Shown: positions 27,085-40,661 of the stretch, in pieces | Position numbering within the stretch: position 1 is the first letter of the stretch | Layout: every line of letters begins with the position of its first letter | Assembly (NCBI RefSeq): GCF_036321535.1 | Contig: NC_087472.1 | Coordinates: 99,822,001 to 99,886,000 of the forward strand | Length of the DNA stretch: 64,000 nt | Reading direction: 5' to 3' | Origin: Camelus dromedarius | Taxonomy: Eukaryota | Notes under the pieces: generated by a model | Database searches by the model: none | Told to the model about the DNA's origin: nothing | The model's input: the letters and a program-made list of their open reading frames with translations, nothing else | Position numbers and translations under genes: made by a program

Positions 27085-30000
27085 TTAGCAGGATTATTAT
27101 ACCTGGGGTATACAAGAAGCCTGAAGAGGGGCACTCAAACTGCCAGGAAAGGCAGCAAAAGTTTTACTGTGGTTTCCTGTCACCTCTCTGTCTACTTTCT
27201 TCCTTACCAGACAGTGCATTTCTTGTTAACAGAAGGGTGACTCAGCCTTCACCCCCAACCCCCACAGGGTAGATTGACCACATTTTTCTCTGGAATCTTC
27301 TTCACTTCCCTCCTTTTGACCTTGTTTTCCACTCTTCTAAACATCATTACCTCTTACAGCTGATTCAGCTTAGCTATGCTGAAATCAACAGAAAGGCTTT
27401 TACCTTTCTTATTTCACATGTGTCCAACTCTAAAGCCGGTTCTCCAGCCGCCCGCATTGTGTATTCTTTTACAGTCCTTACACTACACTTGCAGTACAGG
27501 GTCTATGAATTAATTTTTAATAAATAAGTTAAAGCAGACCTTTTAGATACCTTATCCACAGTCTTGTTTCAACCATCCATGCAGTGTGTGTTGAATAAAC
27601 TTGGTTCCTGAAATCAGTGAGAGTTGGGGGAAAGCAGTCTTTTCTAATTACTTTATCTTTATATAATCTCTAATTAAATTAATACATAGTGGAAGCAGAC
27701 ATTTGACTGTTTCTTCTTCTCTTTTAAAGCTTGGTTGGCCCCAAACTTTTTCGATCTTCTCACTGAGAAAAATAGGACATCACCCTCTAATCAGGCACCT
27801 ATCTTTGGGTCTCCTTTGAGTCTGAGAACTAGGCTGTCATTATAAAGTCAGGGAAAAAAATACCATCTCTCCTTATCCTCCAGCCATTTTATTACTTAAA
27901 ACTGTTAAATATTTATGTAAAGCATCATCAATGTGCTTTCTTTTGCTTGAAAAAAAAGGTTCTGTTCTCTTTAACTGACTAAATCATTTTGACTTAACTG
28001 AATTTTTATTAAATTGGTTTCCTAAGATGCAGTTATTTTCTCCTCCACAATTGTCATAGAGAATCTTCCTTGTACAGGCTTATCCAGCTGTAATCACTTG
28101 TCTTTACTTTTCACTTTTTTTTTTTTTAACCTGTGAAACCATCTGTACACTTTCTTAATGCTTCCTTTCTTATTGAAAAAGTCTTTTTTCTGGCTCAGTT
28201 ATCCTTATCTGGGCTATCTAATGCATTCTTAAAAGAGCTGTGCATGGGGTTTGCAGGGGTTAATTTTGTCCAAAAGTGTTCAATAACTCATTGTTCTTAG
28301 CTCCTTGGGTGAGGCCCCTGGTGAGGCCAAGGCTTCCCAGTGCAGGCTGAGGGACTCAACCCTGAGGCTTTCTGAAGCACTTCCCCATTGAGGGAGGGGG
28401 GCGACCCACCACAGTGCTGGCCCTGTACCCCGTTCTCAGCTGTAATCAAGTGCCCCTCTGCTGTCAGGGGCAGTGGTTGGTTGTGGCAGAGGTGGGGATG
28501 GAGTCAAAGCTGATCGCAGCAGCCCTCGAGAGGCTTGGCCCGGTGCGCTGTACTTGTTTGGTGACTAACTGGCCATCCTGACCTTTGACTTTCTCTAGCC
28601 TTACGGACAAACAGCGAGGCTCATGGTGCTGTGTTTCGCTGTGCTGAGTGATAAGCTCTGGTTTGGGGGTAACACTTTCTCCAGACAGGCACTCAATCAC
28701 CAACATTTAGAGAGCACCTGCTGTGTGCCAGACACCAGGCAAGGGGAGGGGATGCCAGGGGGCAGACAGGGAGAACACACGTGGAGAAACCCTCATGGTA
28801 GCACTGACCCTCCTTGCAGCAACCCACTGGGTAGATCATCTCCCAATTTTAATTATAAAGGAAATGAACTCAAGCAAGGTATCTGGCCTCACGTCTCACA
28901 GCTAGTGAACATCTAAGCTAGAATTCACTCCCTGCCTGGGGAGACAGTTCAGGCCCAGTGGCCCCTTGTTCACTGGGGTCTGTGCTCTGAGGTTGTCTTC
29001 CTTGGGGAAGCTAATGCTCAGTTTCTAGCAGTTTCAGGCCTTAGGAATAACTCCCTTGTTGGCCTGGTGCCCCTTAGTGGTGTGTGTGAAGACACCAAAG
29101 GAAAATGTGGCTGGTTTCAGCTTTGTTGGACTTGAGGTCCCTGCAGCACCTATAGTCCTGACTTGGGAAGTTCAGGTCCCCAAACCCTCAGCCCTGACAC
29201 TACCAAGAAAGCTTGGGATGATGAGAACCGGGCCGCGTGCCAACTTGTGTAGGAAAGAGTCTGTTTTTTAAAAAGTTGATGCTTGAGTGTGTCCATTAGT
29301 GTTCTCTGGTTGTAAGCAACAGAAACCAACTCTCCTTTAACTGAAGTATGGAAGAGGATTCACTGAAAGGCCATGGGCTGCTTTATAGGATGGAAGGAAA
29401 AGCTGGAGGATCAAATCAGGGAAAGATGGCAACCAGGCAGCCCCGGGGATCCCCGCCTTATCTGTGGGCCCTGCCTAGGGATCTGCTGTAGCTGGTTCCA
29501 GTCTTTGTCATGGCTGCTGCTGTGTGGCATCGTCGAGTCCTGTGCTGGCAGAGGGCAGGGCTTGTTGATGGACAGTCCCGTCAGACTGTATCTCATCAGG
29601 GAGGGGAAATGCCCCCACATGACTTCCCCTCCCCGAGTGGGGAATAGTTTCTCCCTGAGACACAAGCACAGTCAACCACCTCGATGCGCAAATAGCTACA
29701 GTCCTAAATTCCAAAATGTACCTCACACAGACTTTGTATTTTTGAAAGCAATGTTGAGGTATCACATTCTACCCATTTTAAGTGTACAGTTTAATGATTT
29801 TAGTAAATTTATAGCATTGTGAAACTCTCAACAGAATTTAACTTTAGACGATTTCTGTCACCCCCAAAAGATCTCATATCCATTTGCAGTCAGTCCCCAT
29901 TCCCACCCCAGGCCTAGGCAACCCCTCACCTGTTTTCTGTCTCTTTAGATTTGAACATAGGTTCTTATATGTTCCTGGCTGGTGTGATTTTTTTCTGGGT

Positions 30001-31189
30001 ATCCTGTGAACTAGCTATAGGTGAAAGAAAGCAAGCCAATGGTGTAGCAGTCTGTACCTCACTGGTCTAAGTTTCCCTCCTCTTCACTTTAGATTTTCCC
30101 TTTTCTGATATGCACTGTAATTTGAGAGAGCTTAGGCCTAGTCTTTTTTTAAGATCTTTAAAAATTTTTTTAATTTAATTTTATTTAATGTTTCTCAGTC
30201 CTAGTCTTGATGCTACGGTTATTTAGCTCTGTAAGCCTCAGTCATGGAAACTTCCAGGCCTCAGTTCCTCATCTGTAAAATTAAGTATTTGACAAGATGA
30301 TAACTCATGTGCTTTCTCTCGCTGATGATCAGCAATTATGATCTTTTTTGGTGAAAAATTACTTCTTGACTTTATATGCTCTCTTCAGTCAGGGGGCCAG
30401 GACACAGCATGATGCTGGCAAGGGAGGTAGAGTCCTGAAAAAGATAGGGGCTTTTCCCAGAGGGAGCTCGCAGTCTGATTAGGGTGAACGTGCCAGGAGA
30501 GATCAAGTTCAGCGCTAGGCGGTGGGTGGGGAGGGGCCGGTCCCAGAGCCAGACGCCTGTGCAGCCACCACTGCCACCACCGTGAGAAACTTCTTGGCAG
30601 CTGGTTAAGCCAACCGGCTGTTAAAAACCACCCATTTCATCTTTGCGGGGAGGAGACATCCCAGCAGGTTTGAGGGCGGAGATGGGGAGGTTGCAGCGTT
30701 TTGCATTTTGAAGCAGATCTCTTATCTCCTCTGGCTCTGCCTCTGTCTGGTTGTGCACTCAGGTTAACTGTAGCTTTGGTTTTTGCAGGGATGGTGGCAG
30801 GAGCAGACTTGTGGAGGCTGGCAGTTGGCTCAGCAGGCAGCTTGAGGGTGGTATTTTCTGACAGGGAGCCGTCCTTAAGTTTTGTAATTTATGGTGTGTC
30901 GAAATATGGGATTTTGTTTACTGTTGGCCTAATTACACCTCTGATATATTTCATTTAGCTTAATGTTTTAATTTTGTGCCCATGCCCAGGGGTAGTTTCC
31001 CACTGGGTACTGTTTAAAAAAAATCTTAGATTGTGTTTTATCCTTTCTGCAGTTACCTGCAGCTTCCTGAAGGCAAGGAGATGGGTCTGGGGTTGGAGGG
31101 CACAGACTTTCTCATGAGCTCTTGTGAATATTTTGACTGTGTTTGTGCAGTGCGACATCTGGAGCTCCTGTCTGCCAAGTATTATCCCA

Positions 31190-31518
31190 AACTATCTCTG
31201 TGAAATAGAAATACAATACTGGCTGCATATGTGATTTTAATTGTCCTAGCAGCCACATTCAGAAAGGAAAAAGAAACAAGTGAAATTAAGTTGAATAATA
31301 CTTGAAATGAAATGGAGTAATTTCACCCAGCCTATCTAAAATAGTATCATTTCAACGTGCAATTCATATAAAAATGAATGAGATATTTTACATTCTCTTT
31401 TCCCTAATATGTCTTTGCAACCGGCTGCGTATTTTACACATCTCAATGCGGGCAAGGCACACTTCCAGTACTCAGTAGCCGCATGTTGGCGAGTGTCCCT
31501 TTAGTGGACAGCAAAGTT
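31190..31518. mobile_element. hAT-family non-autonomous DNA transposon (MER33-like)
   Basis: AATAGAAATACAAT…AGCCACATT…AAAAAGAAACAAGTGAAATTAA…ACTCAGTAGCCGCATG…GGACAGCA. Confidence 0.7.
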
Positions 31519-34500
31519 CTAAACCTTTCACAGGCTTACAAGGGACAAAGGAAGAGCCCTTAGAGGAGGTAGGAGAGACATAACCTCATGTTTTGTGAGC
31601 TCTTAACAAAGCCATACACAGGCTTCCTCCCCTTAGAGAAACCTGATATGTAAAAATTCTTCTTGACAGGAAAGGTAAAGCAGGAAGTGATTATTCATGT
31701 TACAAAAGAATTAACCACAGGATCCTTTAAATAGCAAGCTCCCTTAGTGCACTGAAGATCTGACTCAATTTGCAAAAATGTGATTGACACTTGGCATTTT
31801 AGTAGCATCTTTGTTGGGCAGAGAATTCTGTGCCATTATAAAATGCACACTGAGCCGTTGGTTTCTTAAGGCTTTATTGAGTACCTGCTATACGTCACGG
31901 ATGCTCGGAGGGACCACAACAGATCTAAGGGAGATCTGGACCCAGAAGGCATTTAGAGGCCCACCCGGAGGCCACCACAGCAGGGGATCGCCTCAATGCC
32001 AGGGCCCAGGGAGTCTTGGGGGCTGGAGGAGCCTGTAAGTTGTTAGGAGGCAGCCGGGGTCCAGCTGGACCCAGATGGCAGGCAGAGTGCATGTGATTAA
32101 GCGTCTGGGAGTTTAAAGAAAGGGTAAACCAGCTCAATAGGATATTGGGAAGACTTGAAAATTATGCAGTCATGCTTTATTTATCCCAGAGTCCCCAGTC
32201 CCTAACCCCTAGCCTTACTTATAACAGCCACCAATTAAGGTGTGTCCTTGGGCTCATCGTAAGAGGGTGATTGAAGCAAAACCAGGATGCGCTTCTCTCC
32301 AGTTTGCAACAACAGGCAGCAGCTGTTCAATTCTTGGAAACCATCTTGAAGCTGATTCCTTGGTCGTCTTCCAGCTTTACCTTGATAAAGCCCACCAGCG
32401 TGCAGAAAGTGAGACTGGCTGTTGAGGAAAGAAGCAGCAAAGTTGTGTTCTGGAAGTTGATTGGGTTCTGAGATTCCGCAAAGCACACGGGGTTTCAGTT
32501 CAGTGTCAAAATGGACCCTTGACCAGATTTCCTCCTCTCTCTCCCTCAGGCTGGTCTCATGTGTTGTTTCCCCCCCAAGTCCTCTTACCACGATTTTCTG
32601 TCCCCATCAGAAAAGCTATAAGCTTTCATCTCTAAGTGCTAAAATAGGATCAGCCTTGGGGAGCCTAGGTCAGTGTTCCAAGCCTTTTCTTTTCTCTATA
32701 TATTTACTTATAGATTATGTGCACATATCACTATACTAATTGATTCAGAAAACCCAAAAGAAGCTTTTAAATATTTGTTACTAAGTTTAACAAACTTTTG
32801 GAAAGCATGAGATTGAATATTGTATGACTTCAGACATCGGTGAAAAATGAAGACATTAATCTTCGTGGTTCTGGTACCTCATTTAAAATATCTTACTAAT
32901 CTCAATAGTTCCATATTATAATTAGGTAACTTAAACCTGTATCAAGAGTGGAAGAAAAGCTGTGTGACAAATTGTCTTGATAGCTTAGAGTGCTTTGTCT
33001 CCATGTTCACCTCCCAGTGTGGCTGACAAAGGGCTCCCTCCCAGGAGCTGAAGTAGCAGCTCCATCATTTTCTTGTTGACTTGGTTGTGTGTTGAGTATC
33101 GTCTACAACCCCTCCTTTTTTTACCCCAATCTCCTCAAGCTCCTCTTCCATTCAGTGAGGGTGATTTTAGTTAAAGGGGTAATGGTTATGAAGAGGCTCT
33201 GCCAAGAGACCTCCCAGAACTGCTGGGCACCCCGGGGAGCTGGGCTCTGGCATCACCCTTGTCGAGGGCCACTGCTGTCCCTCAGGCTGCTCACTGCCCT
33301 TGGAGCATCCCTGACTGCCTGACCTAGAGGCTGAATGAAGGAGCCAGTGTCATTCTGCAAATGGAATCTTAGAGAAGTTGAGTTTTTCTCTTTTTTAAGT
33401 TAAAATAAGATGAATAGACGTTCTCATTTTTTTTTCATCATGTCAACTAATTCCTGAAGTGAGTGCATCCCACTTTGGAGAGCACTGGCTCAGAAAATAA
33501 GCTTAACTGCTCTGCTCAGTTTCAGGTTCTTTAATTGGGAAAATGGGCATCATCACATGGTGAGGGTTAAGTGAGATAATGCTGGAAAGGTGTCGGGCAC
33601 ATAAACAAGGGTTACTGTAATCTCAGTTCCAATGGCAAAGCTTCAGTAGATCCATGTCTAGGTAATTTGAAGAAAGCAGTTTCTTAATCGACCTGGTTCC
33701 GATTGCTTTGATGGCTAGTTTCAACTGCTGGGGAGAGAGCATGATACAAGAAAATGGGAGTGTTTCTGCCTTTGCACTTGTCAGGAACCAGGGGAAATGG
33801 GAGAAGTTTGCCTTGTTTATGCTTTTCTGCTTCTCCTTTCTGTTGATAAGTGATGAAGATGGTTCACAACTCAACTTTAGCCTGGGCAGATTTATGGCAG
33901 CAGAGTCAGCCAGCTAATTTTGGAATGAAAAAAATAATCTAGGGAAGGAAACGCTACTTTGAGTTGCTTATGAACTGTCTGGGTTCGCTGACATTTTGAG
34001 TGGACGAGTTGAGTGCTCCAGTCTGGGTGGAGGGATCGTTTGATCTGGAAGCACTTTGGGAATTTGTCCCTAATGGATATGCAGAGCGTATTTGACAGGG
34101 AGCCCATTCACCCACCAACCCTTTTCCTGGAAAACCTACCCCAATACAGTGAATTTAAAAAAAAAATTTGTAATTTTTGGTCTCCTATTGGAGAAATCTT
34201 TACCAAACCCAAGATCACTAATATTTTCTCTCGTGCTTCTTGATAAAAGTGTTACAGTTTTACTTCTTACGTTTAGGCCTGTGATCCATTTTGAGTTCAT
34301 TTTTTGTGTATGTGCCCCTCATAGAGCTCATTTAGCTTTTCCTCTTCCATTCTTTTACTGTAATTTCTTAGTTGATAATTCACCACTTGGGGTTTTTTTT
34401 TTTTTTTTTTTTTTGCTGTCCTTTTATTCACTTATTTGCCCTTTGTTCATTCGTTTGTTCATTCATTCATATCAAGCTGCAAATAAAAAAGGAAAAGGAC

Positions 34501-34671
34501 AGGAGATTGACTGAGGTGGGCCTGAGGTGAGGCTCAAAGACTAGATGGATTGTAAAATCCACGTATGGATAAGTTAACCGGGTTTTGGATTGGTTGGCTC
34601 TGCTCCTTTGCGTCGGCATCAGGAAACCTGTCTGCCTCATCCGTTGCCTCCACCTGTGACCAAGTATACAT

Positions 34672-34832
34672 TAATTCTTTGGGGTTTTTTTTGTTGGTGG
34701 TGGTGGTGGTTTTTTGAGGAGAGTGTAATTTTATTTAGTTCATTTATTTATTTAAATGGAGGTACTGGGGATTGAACCCAGGACCTTGTGCATGCTAAAC
34801 ATGCACTCTACCACTGAGCTATACCCTCCCCT
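34672..34832 (-). mobile_element. tRNA-Ala-derived SINE (Vic-1-like)
   Basis: TGGAGGTACTGGGGATTGAACCCAGG…CACTGAGCTATACCCTCCCC. Flanking repeat CCAAGTAT at 34660-34667 and 34833-34840. Confidence 0.88.
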
Positions 34833-35484
34833 CCAAGTATCCAAAGTCACCATGGATTGGGAGAATCAATCTGTTGGGAAATGCTGTGTGTTGAGAGGAC
34901 AGTTGTGCCTGCATGTGTAAGCGGTCTGGGACGTTGGTTTAGCCAGCGGGGGCCCTCTGTATCGGCTGTCTTCATACCCATTGTCGCTGAAAGGGGGGCA
35001 TTCTCTCTGTAGGGTGGGAATTATCACTACCCATGTTTTGCACAACTGAGGCTCAGAGGGGTTAACATCACGGAGTCATGACGGGAGGGAGGGGGCACCC
35101 AAGAGCCAAACTCGCACCTGTTGTTATCTGCCATCTCTGCACTTGGGGAAATGACGCTGGACTCCCTCTGGGGGTGGGGTGGCGTGCACATGTTGTTGGC
35201 CTTCTGCCATTGTGTGGTTTCCCCTCTGAAGCCCCTGCTGGCCCTGAGACCTGTAGCCCGCCCTACCTGGGCCTGACCACGGACCAGCACTTCGTGGTTT
35301 CTGCGCTGCAGGCCTCAGGTTAACCGAGGTCGGGCTGTCATGTGTGGCCCTGTTATTTTAAGTATTGGTAGAGGGGAAGTCCCTTTAGTATGACTTTCCT
35401 GACCTTCTGGGGCTGCCGGGCCTCAGACTTCTCCAACACCTGATCTAAAGTGCTCTGTTTTTCTTTTGTGCCTGTTCCTTCCAG

Positions 35485-35642
35485 TGGAGGCCATAGTGGA
35501 GTTTGACTACCAGGCCCAGCACGACGATGAGCTGACGATCACCGTGGGTGAAATCATCACCAACATCAGGAAGGAGGATGGAGGCTGGTGGGAGGGACAG
35601 ATCAATGGCAGGAGAGGTTTGTTCCCTGACAACTTTGTAAGA
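35485..35642 (+). CDS. SH3KBP1: SH3KBP1 (CIN85) coding exon 2, N-terminal SH3A domain
   Basis: Translates to (V)[52 protein letters not shown], matching the recalled CIN85 N-terminus (human has TISVG). Preceded by a pyrimidine tract and acceptor (ttcttttgtgcctgttccttccAG, AG at 35483-35484) and followed by donor GTGAGT (35643-35648). 158 nt plus the 4 coding nt of exon 1 (ATGG, outside the window) gives 54 codons. Confidence 0.96.
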
Positions 35643-38407
35643 GTGAGTACAAAGCGAAACCCTTTTCCTGTCTCCTGGGCGGGTTCTCCTGACCAAAGCT
35701 GTGGGGGCACTTGAGGAATTTCATGGGACTCTTTTAGGGGTTGAGTTGACTGCTTGTGGACTGTCAGGAAGAGCATGGACAACTTTGTCCTTGATATCAG
35801 GGGATGCTTGTTTTGAAATCACTTTCTTAAGGCCTAGAATGGTCTCTTTCCAACCTGTGTATCATTGAGAAAACGCTGGAAAAATGTAAAGCTTGTCAAA
35901 TTGTTTTATTTCTGTACTTATTTATTTGCTTTGATAGTTTAAAAGAATCTTGCCCTTTTCCATGCCATTCAAAATGGAGGTGAAACTCAGTTTTGCCCAC
36001 TTAAATCAAGGAGCAGTCCAACTACATGCAGAATTCCAATTCTGCTATGTTTCCACCTTTGTATAGTATTACTGTTTTGATAGGAACAGTATTATTTTCT
36101 TTTCCCCCTTTATGGCCATGAAGTATTGAGTCAAATCTATTTTTTCAGTATAGTCTTAAAAACTATGCCCTTTGCAGAAGGGTTAATTACAAAAATGTAG
36201 TTCATTCATGTTAAGAAATTTCATATCACACGGTTGTAAATAGCTGGAATTAGGCAAAAAAAAAAAAAAGGGGGGGGGGGGAAATCACCTGCAGGCTGTT
36301 CCCAGAGGGAAATGCCAAGTAGGGTTAAAAAGTGCCTGTACCAAACTGTCCTGTCCAGCGCTGGGGAAGACGGGACTGTTCTCGGTAGGAAAGGCTGCAG
36401 GAATCCTCAGGGACCCTGCTGTATTTCCGGTGGTACCAGCCCATGCCTGAGACCTGGGGCTGTGCTGAGCAGGTGGTGTGGGCAACGCTAGGCCCAGAGA
36501 AGCAGGTGCCCCATCAAAGAGCTGTGCAGCTTACGCAGGAGGGTTTTATGGAAAGAGGGTGTTGAGGAAAAATGGTGATATGCTCCAGCTTTCCACTCCC
36601 TGGGCCCTCCTGGGGTACCACACCCTACATTCTAGAACAAATAGAAACCGGATTCCATCTTTCTTCAGGATCTCACCTCAGAGGATCCTACTAACGTTTC
36701 TCTTGTTCCTTCTTTTTGGTGTGCAGAAAGCTGGGGAGAGGTTTGTGGGTAACGTGCTGATAAACCTTGCTTTCTGTAAACAGTTGTGGGAGAAGGGACT
36801 TTTTTCCTTGGGCTACAGTTGAACCTGGCAGCTCTCTCTCTCCCATTTTAAAAGGAGGAAAGCATCACATCTGGGCCACAGAGGATTGAGTCTATTGATG
36901 TGTAAATGGGGGTGCCCTTCCAAAGGAAAACCCCAATTTGGGGACCAAGACCATCCTTGAAGTTGAGCCAAATTCTTGATTGGAAGGAGCTTTTCTGGAT
37001 AAAAGAGACAAAGCTTGGAGTGAAGATGAAGGAGGAAGGAGTGAGAGAGGAAGACCATGGGAACGAGAGCAGAGGACTGTGGGAAGGAGGGGAGGACCGT
37101 GGGAAAGACAGAGGAGGACTCACGGAAGGAGAAGGGACTCCAGCTATTCTCCAATTTTGAGGAAGGTCCCTGTTTTGAAAGCCTTTAACATGTCCTGCTG
37201 GCTTAGTGCCCCTCATTCCAAACCACAAATCCACAGACTCAGTAACTTCAGGGTTGCCCTTGGCTCAGGGCTGGGGCACCATGAGTATTTGTGGAGGCCG
37301 GTGGGTGCCAGGGGCAGGGGGTCAGCGCAGGAAGAGCCCCGGGAGCCCTGAGGAGCAGGAGCTCATCCCCGGGCCTGGGGGTGATGTGCTCCACCATCAG
37401 GGCCTCTCCCTACCCTTCTCCGCTTGCTCGGCCTTACGCTGGGCCAGCGTGGGCCAGGGCAGCAGGTCCTGCCCTGTGGCTTCCTGTGGGCTTTGTCTAG
37501 GGAGGGCGGGGAGGGAGGAGGCCAGTGAGGCAAGCATTATCCTGCTGGCTCCTTGCCCAGGGCTTGTCTGGGTCTGGCTGGGTCCCTCCACCAGACAGTG
37601 GCGGCTCCCATGAAGTCACTTCCCTCTACACGCCTTTCCCCTGTTCTGGCGGGCCTGGGGCTTACTTGTTTCTCACCCTCAGCTCCTACCTACTTTGTAA
37701 AAGTCTCTTTATTAATCCTGCCTCAGATTAATTTGCCGCATGTGCCATCTGCTTTTTCCTCCCTGAGCCCGACCTCCTTATCAGGCCACTCTGAGCTGGT
37801 ACATGGAATTCACTTAGCACGTGGCCGGCCATCTACCAAGAGTGCCACCATCCCTATTACCTGGTGAAGGAAGGGACCCTCTCTCTCCCCGGTCCCAAGA
37901 GACCTTACCCTCGCTTGATCACTTGTTGTTTCTCCTCGGCTAGAGAACCTCCAAGGGAGGGAAAGTCACATGCTCGGGAGGTGCTGGTTCCACCTGGGCC
38001 AGAAAGGATGTGGCAGGGACGGCTGGGCCTGCACCACCTGGGGCTGTTACATTTGGCAGAAAAAGAAACTTCTCTTCTTTCAGATGGCTGAGTCTATTTT
38101 CAAGTCTTCACCCCCTGGGAATGTTTTAGGGCTATTATTGAAAAATCCAGTAGGTGGGTGCATTGGAGTTTAACAATAAAGAAAACTGCTGTAGAGAGTT
38201 CTAGAAGCTGAAAATACATCTTTAAGTAATAGGAATCATATTGGCAAGAGTTCACAGTTTTGAAAATGGGTTTACACATGCCTTATTTAGCTTAAGAATC
38301 ATTTGTCCGCAGGCTGAATTGGGTAATCTTGTGGAATCCTATTGTTAATTTGTGTGCCTTGATGCCAAGGTTCCTGCTGTCAGAGAGCTTACTTTCAGCG
38401 TTTTCTT

Positions 38408-39319
38408 TTCTTTTTTTTTTTTTTTAATTGAGGTATAGTCAGTTTACAATGTTGTGTCAATTTCTGGTGTACAGCACAATGCTTCAGTCATACATGAATA
38501 TACATATGTTCATTTTCATATTCTTTCTCACTGTTAGCTACTGCAAGATACTGAATATATTTCCCTGTGATATACAGTATAAACTTGTTTATCTGTTATA
38601 TATATACCAGTCTGTCTGCAAATCTCAAACTCCCAGTTTACCCCTTCCCACCCCCCTCCCCCCAGCAACCACAAGTCTATTCTGTGTCTATGAGTCTGTT
38701 TCTGTTTTATATATAGGTTCATTTGTCTTTTTTTTTAATTCCACATATGAGTGATACATGATATTTTTCTTTCTCTTTCTGGCTTACTTCACTTAGAATG
38801 ACAGTCTCTAGTTCCATCCATGTTGCTGCAAGTGGCATTATTTCATTCTTTTTTATGGCTGAGTAGTATTCCATTGTATAAATATACTACAACTTCTTTA
38901 TCCAGTCATCTGTTGATGGACATTTAGGTTGTTTCCATGTCTTGGCTATTGTAAATAGTGCTGCTGTGAACATTGGGGTGCAGGTAACTTTTCAAATTAG
39001 AGTTCCCTCTGGATATGTGCCCAGGAGTGGGATTGCTGGATCATATGGTAAGTCTGTTTTTAGTCTTTTGAGGAATCTCCAAATTGTTTTCCATAATGGC
39101 TGCACCAAACTGCATTCCCACCAACAGTGTAGGAGAGCTCCCTTTTCTCCAGAGCCTCTCCAGCATTTATCATTTGTGGACTTTGGAATGATGGGCATTC
39201 TGACTGGTGTGAGGTGATACCTCATTGTAGTTTTGATTTGCATTTCTCTGATAATTAGTGATATTGAGCATTTTTTCATGTGCCTATTGGTCATTCGTGT
39301 GTCTTCATTGGAGAATTGG
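38408..39319 (-). mobile_element. 5'-truncated young L1 (~0.9 kb)
   Basis: ORF2 C-terminal CCHC region (38992-39294) and poly-T at the left end. Very similar to 25.1-26.0 kb. Degenerate TSD TTCAGnnTTnTCTT. Confidence 0.92.
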
Positions 39320-39729
39320 TTCAGTATTCTCTTGATTCATTTATCAGATCCCTAATCACTGTCCCAGTTGAGCATAGTCCCCTGAATTGTGGGGATTCAG
39401 GGTCCACCCTCAACTCTGTATTGTCTCAATTTCTCAAAGGAAAAATACCAGGCAGTCTGGCCATATCATCGTTAAGAAGATGCCTGGGTTTCATCAGTTC
39501 TCTGGCTGAGATTTGTTGGTGCACATAAATCTACCCAACCAGGCCCCAAGGCCTTTTGAGTTTGTTCCCCTTTTTCTTTTATTTATTTAGTTCTTATTTA
39601 CTGTACATGTGAAAGAAGAATCTTTTAAAATCCCTGTTCCCTTTCTTCTCCCTACCTCTCTCCCCACCCACTTCTTTTAGTATATAGGTTTCTTTTTCCT
39701 TCCTCTTTTAACAAAATTTATTCATTTTT

Positions 39730-40195
39730 CAGATGACATTTACATGGAGTCATAATTGTATGGCTTGATGATTTCTTTTTTACAGAAGTGCACCTCTGTA
39801 ACCGTCACCCTGCTCAATCCTATTTATCTCTCCAGAAAGTTCCGTCTTGCCTTTTCCCAGTCATCCCCCTTTCATAGGTAATCTGTCATCATAGATTAGT
39901 TTTGCCTGTACTTGAATTTCATGTAAATGGAATCATACAGTGTGTGCTCTTTCATATGTGGTTTGCACAACAAAATGTTGTTGTGTATATCAGTACTTTG
40001 TTCTTGCTTTAGAGTATCCTGCTTTATGAATGTGCTATAATTTGTTTAACTATTTTTCTGTGGATGGACATTTGGATTGTTTCCAGTTTGGGTCTTTTTA
40101 TGAATAAAGGCTCTGAACATTCTTGTATAAATCTTCTTATGGAGACAGGCACTCACTTCTCTTGTATCTACACACGTAGGAATAGAATTGCTGGC
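39730..40195 (-). mobile_element. Old L1 3' fragment (L1ME-like)
   Basis: ATAGATTAGTTTTGCCTGTACTTGAATTTCATGTAAATGGAATCATACAG…GGACATTTGGATTGTTTCCAGTTT. Confidence 0.65.
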
Positions 40196-40545
40196 CTCAT
40201 TCACTTTCACCGTATGTTTTTCTCTGTTTACACCTGTGGCCTGTGTGGATTGGAGGGGAGGATCCCACCTGTGCTAGAGCCTCATTTGTGCCTGAATCTG
40301 GTGGTCTTCGTGTAGTTGTCCTGTAAGTACGATCACCACTGAAGGGTTCTTAAACACACAATTCAATCTCCCAGGGACCATTTGATTGTTGAGCCCACGA
40401 ACTATCGACGACTTCTTAGATTGTTAAAAACATACAAATGGAGAGCATGTGTCAAAGTTTTATTGAACTCATTTAACGAGAGAATGAGCAGAATAACAAA
40501 ACTGATTCAGTGAGGATGTGAGGAACTGATTAAAAAGTCAGTGGG

Positions 40546-40661
40546 TGGGGGGAGGGTATAGCGTGTGTTTAGCATGCGTGGGGTCGTGGGTTCAAACCCC
40601 AGTACCTCCATTAAAAAATAAATAATAAATAAATAAACCTAATTACCCCCCCCCCTTAAGA
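40546..40661 (+). mobile_element. tRNA-Ala-derived SINE (Vic-1-like) with a deletion in the A-box region
   Basis: GGGGGGAGGGTATAGC[deleted]GTGTGTTTAGCATGC…GGTTCAAACCCCAGTACCTCCA. TSD AAA(A/G)AGTCAGTGGG at 40532-40545 and 40662-40675. Confidence 0.88.

Noticed and set aside
35466..35714. 82-aa ORF as a standalone SH3 microprotein
   Set aside because: It is exon 2 plus flanking intron, has no ATG start, and its similarity ends exactly at the splice sites.
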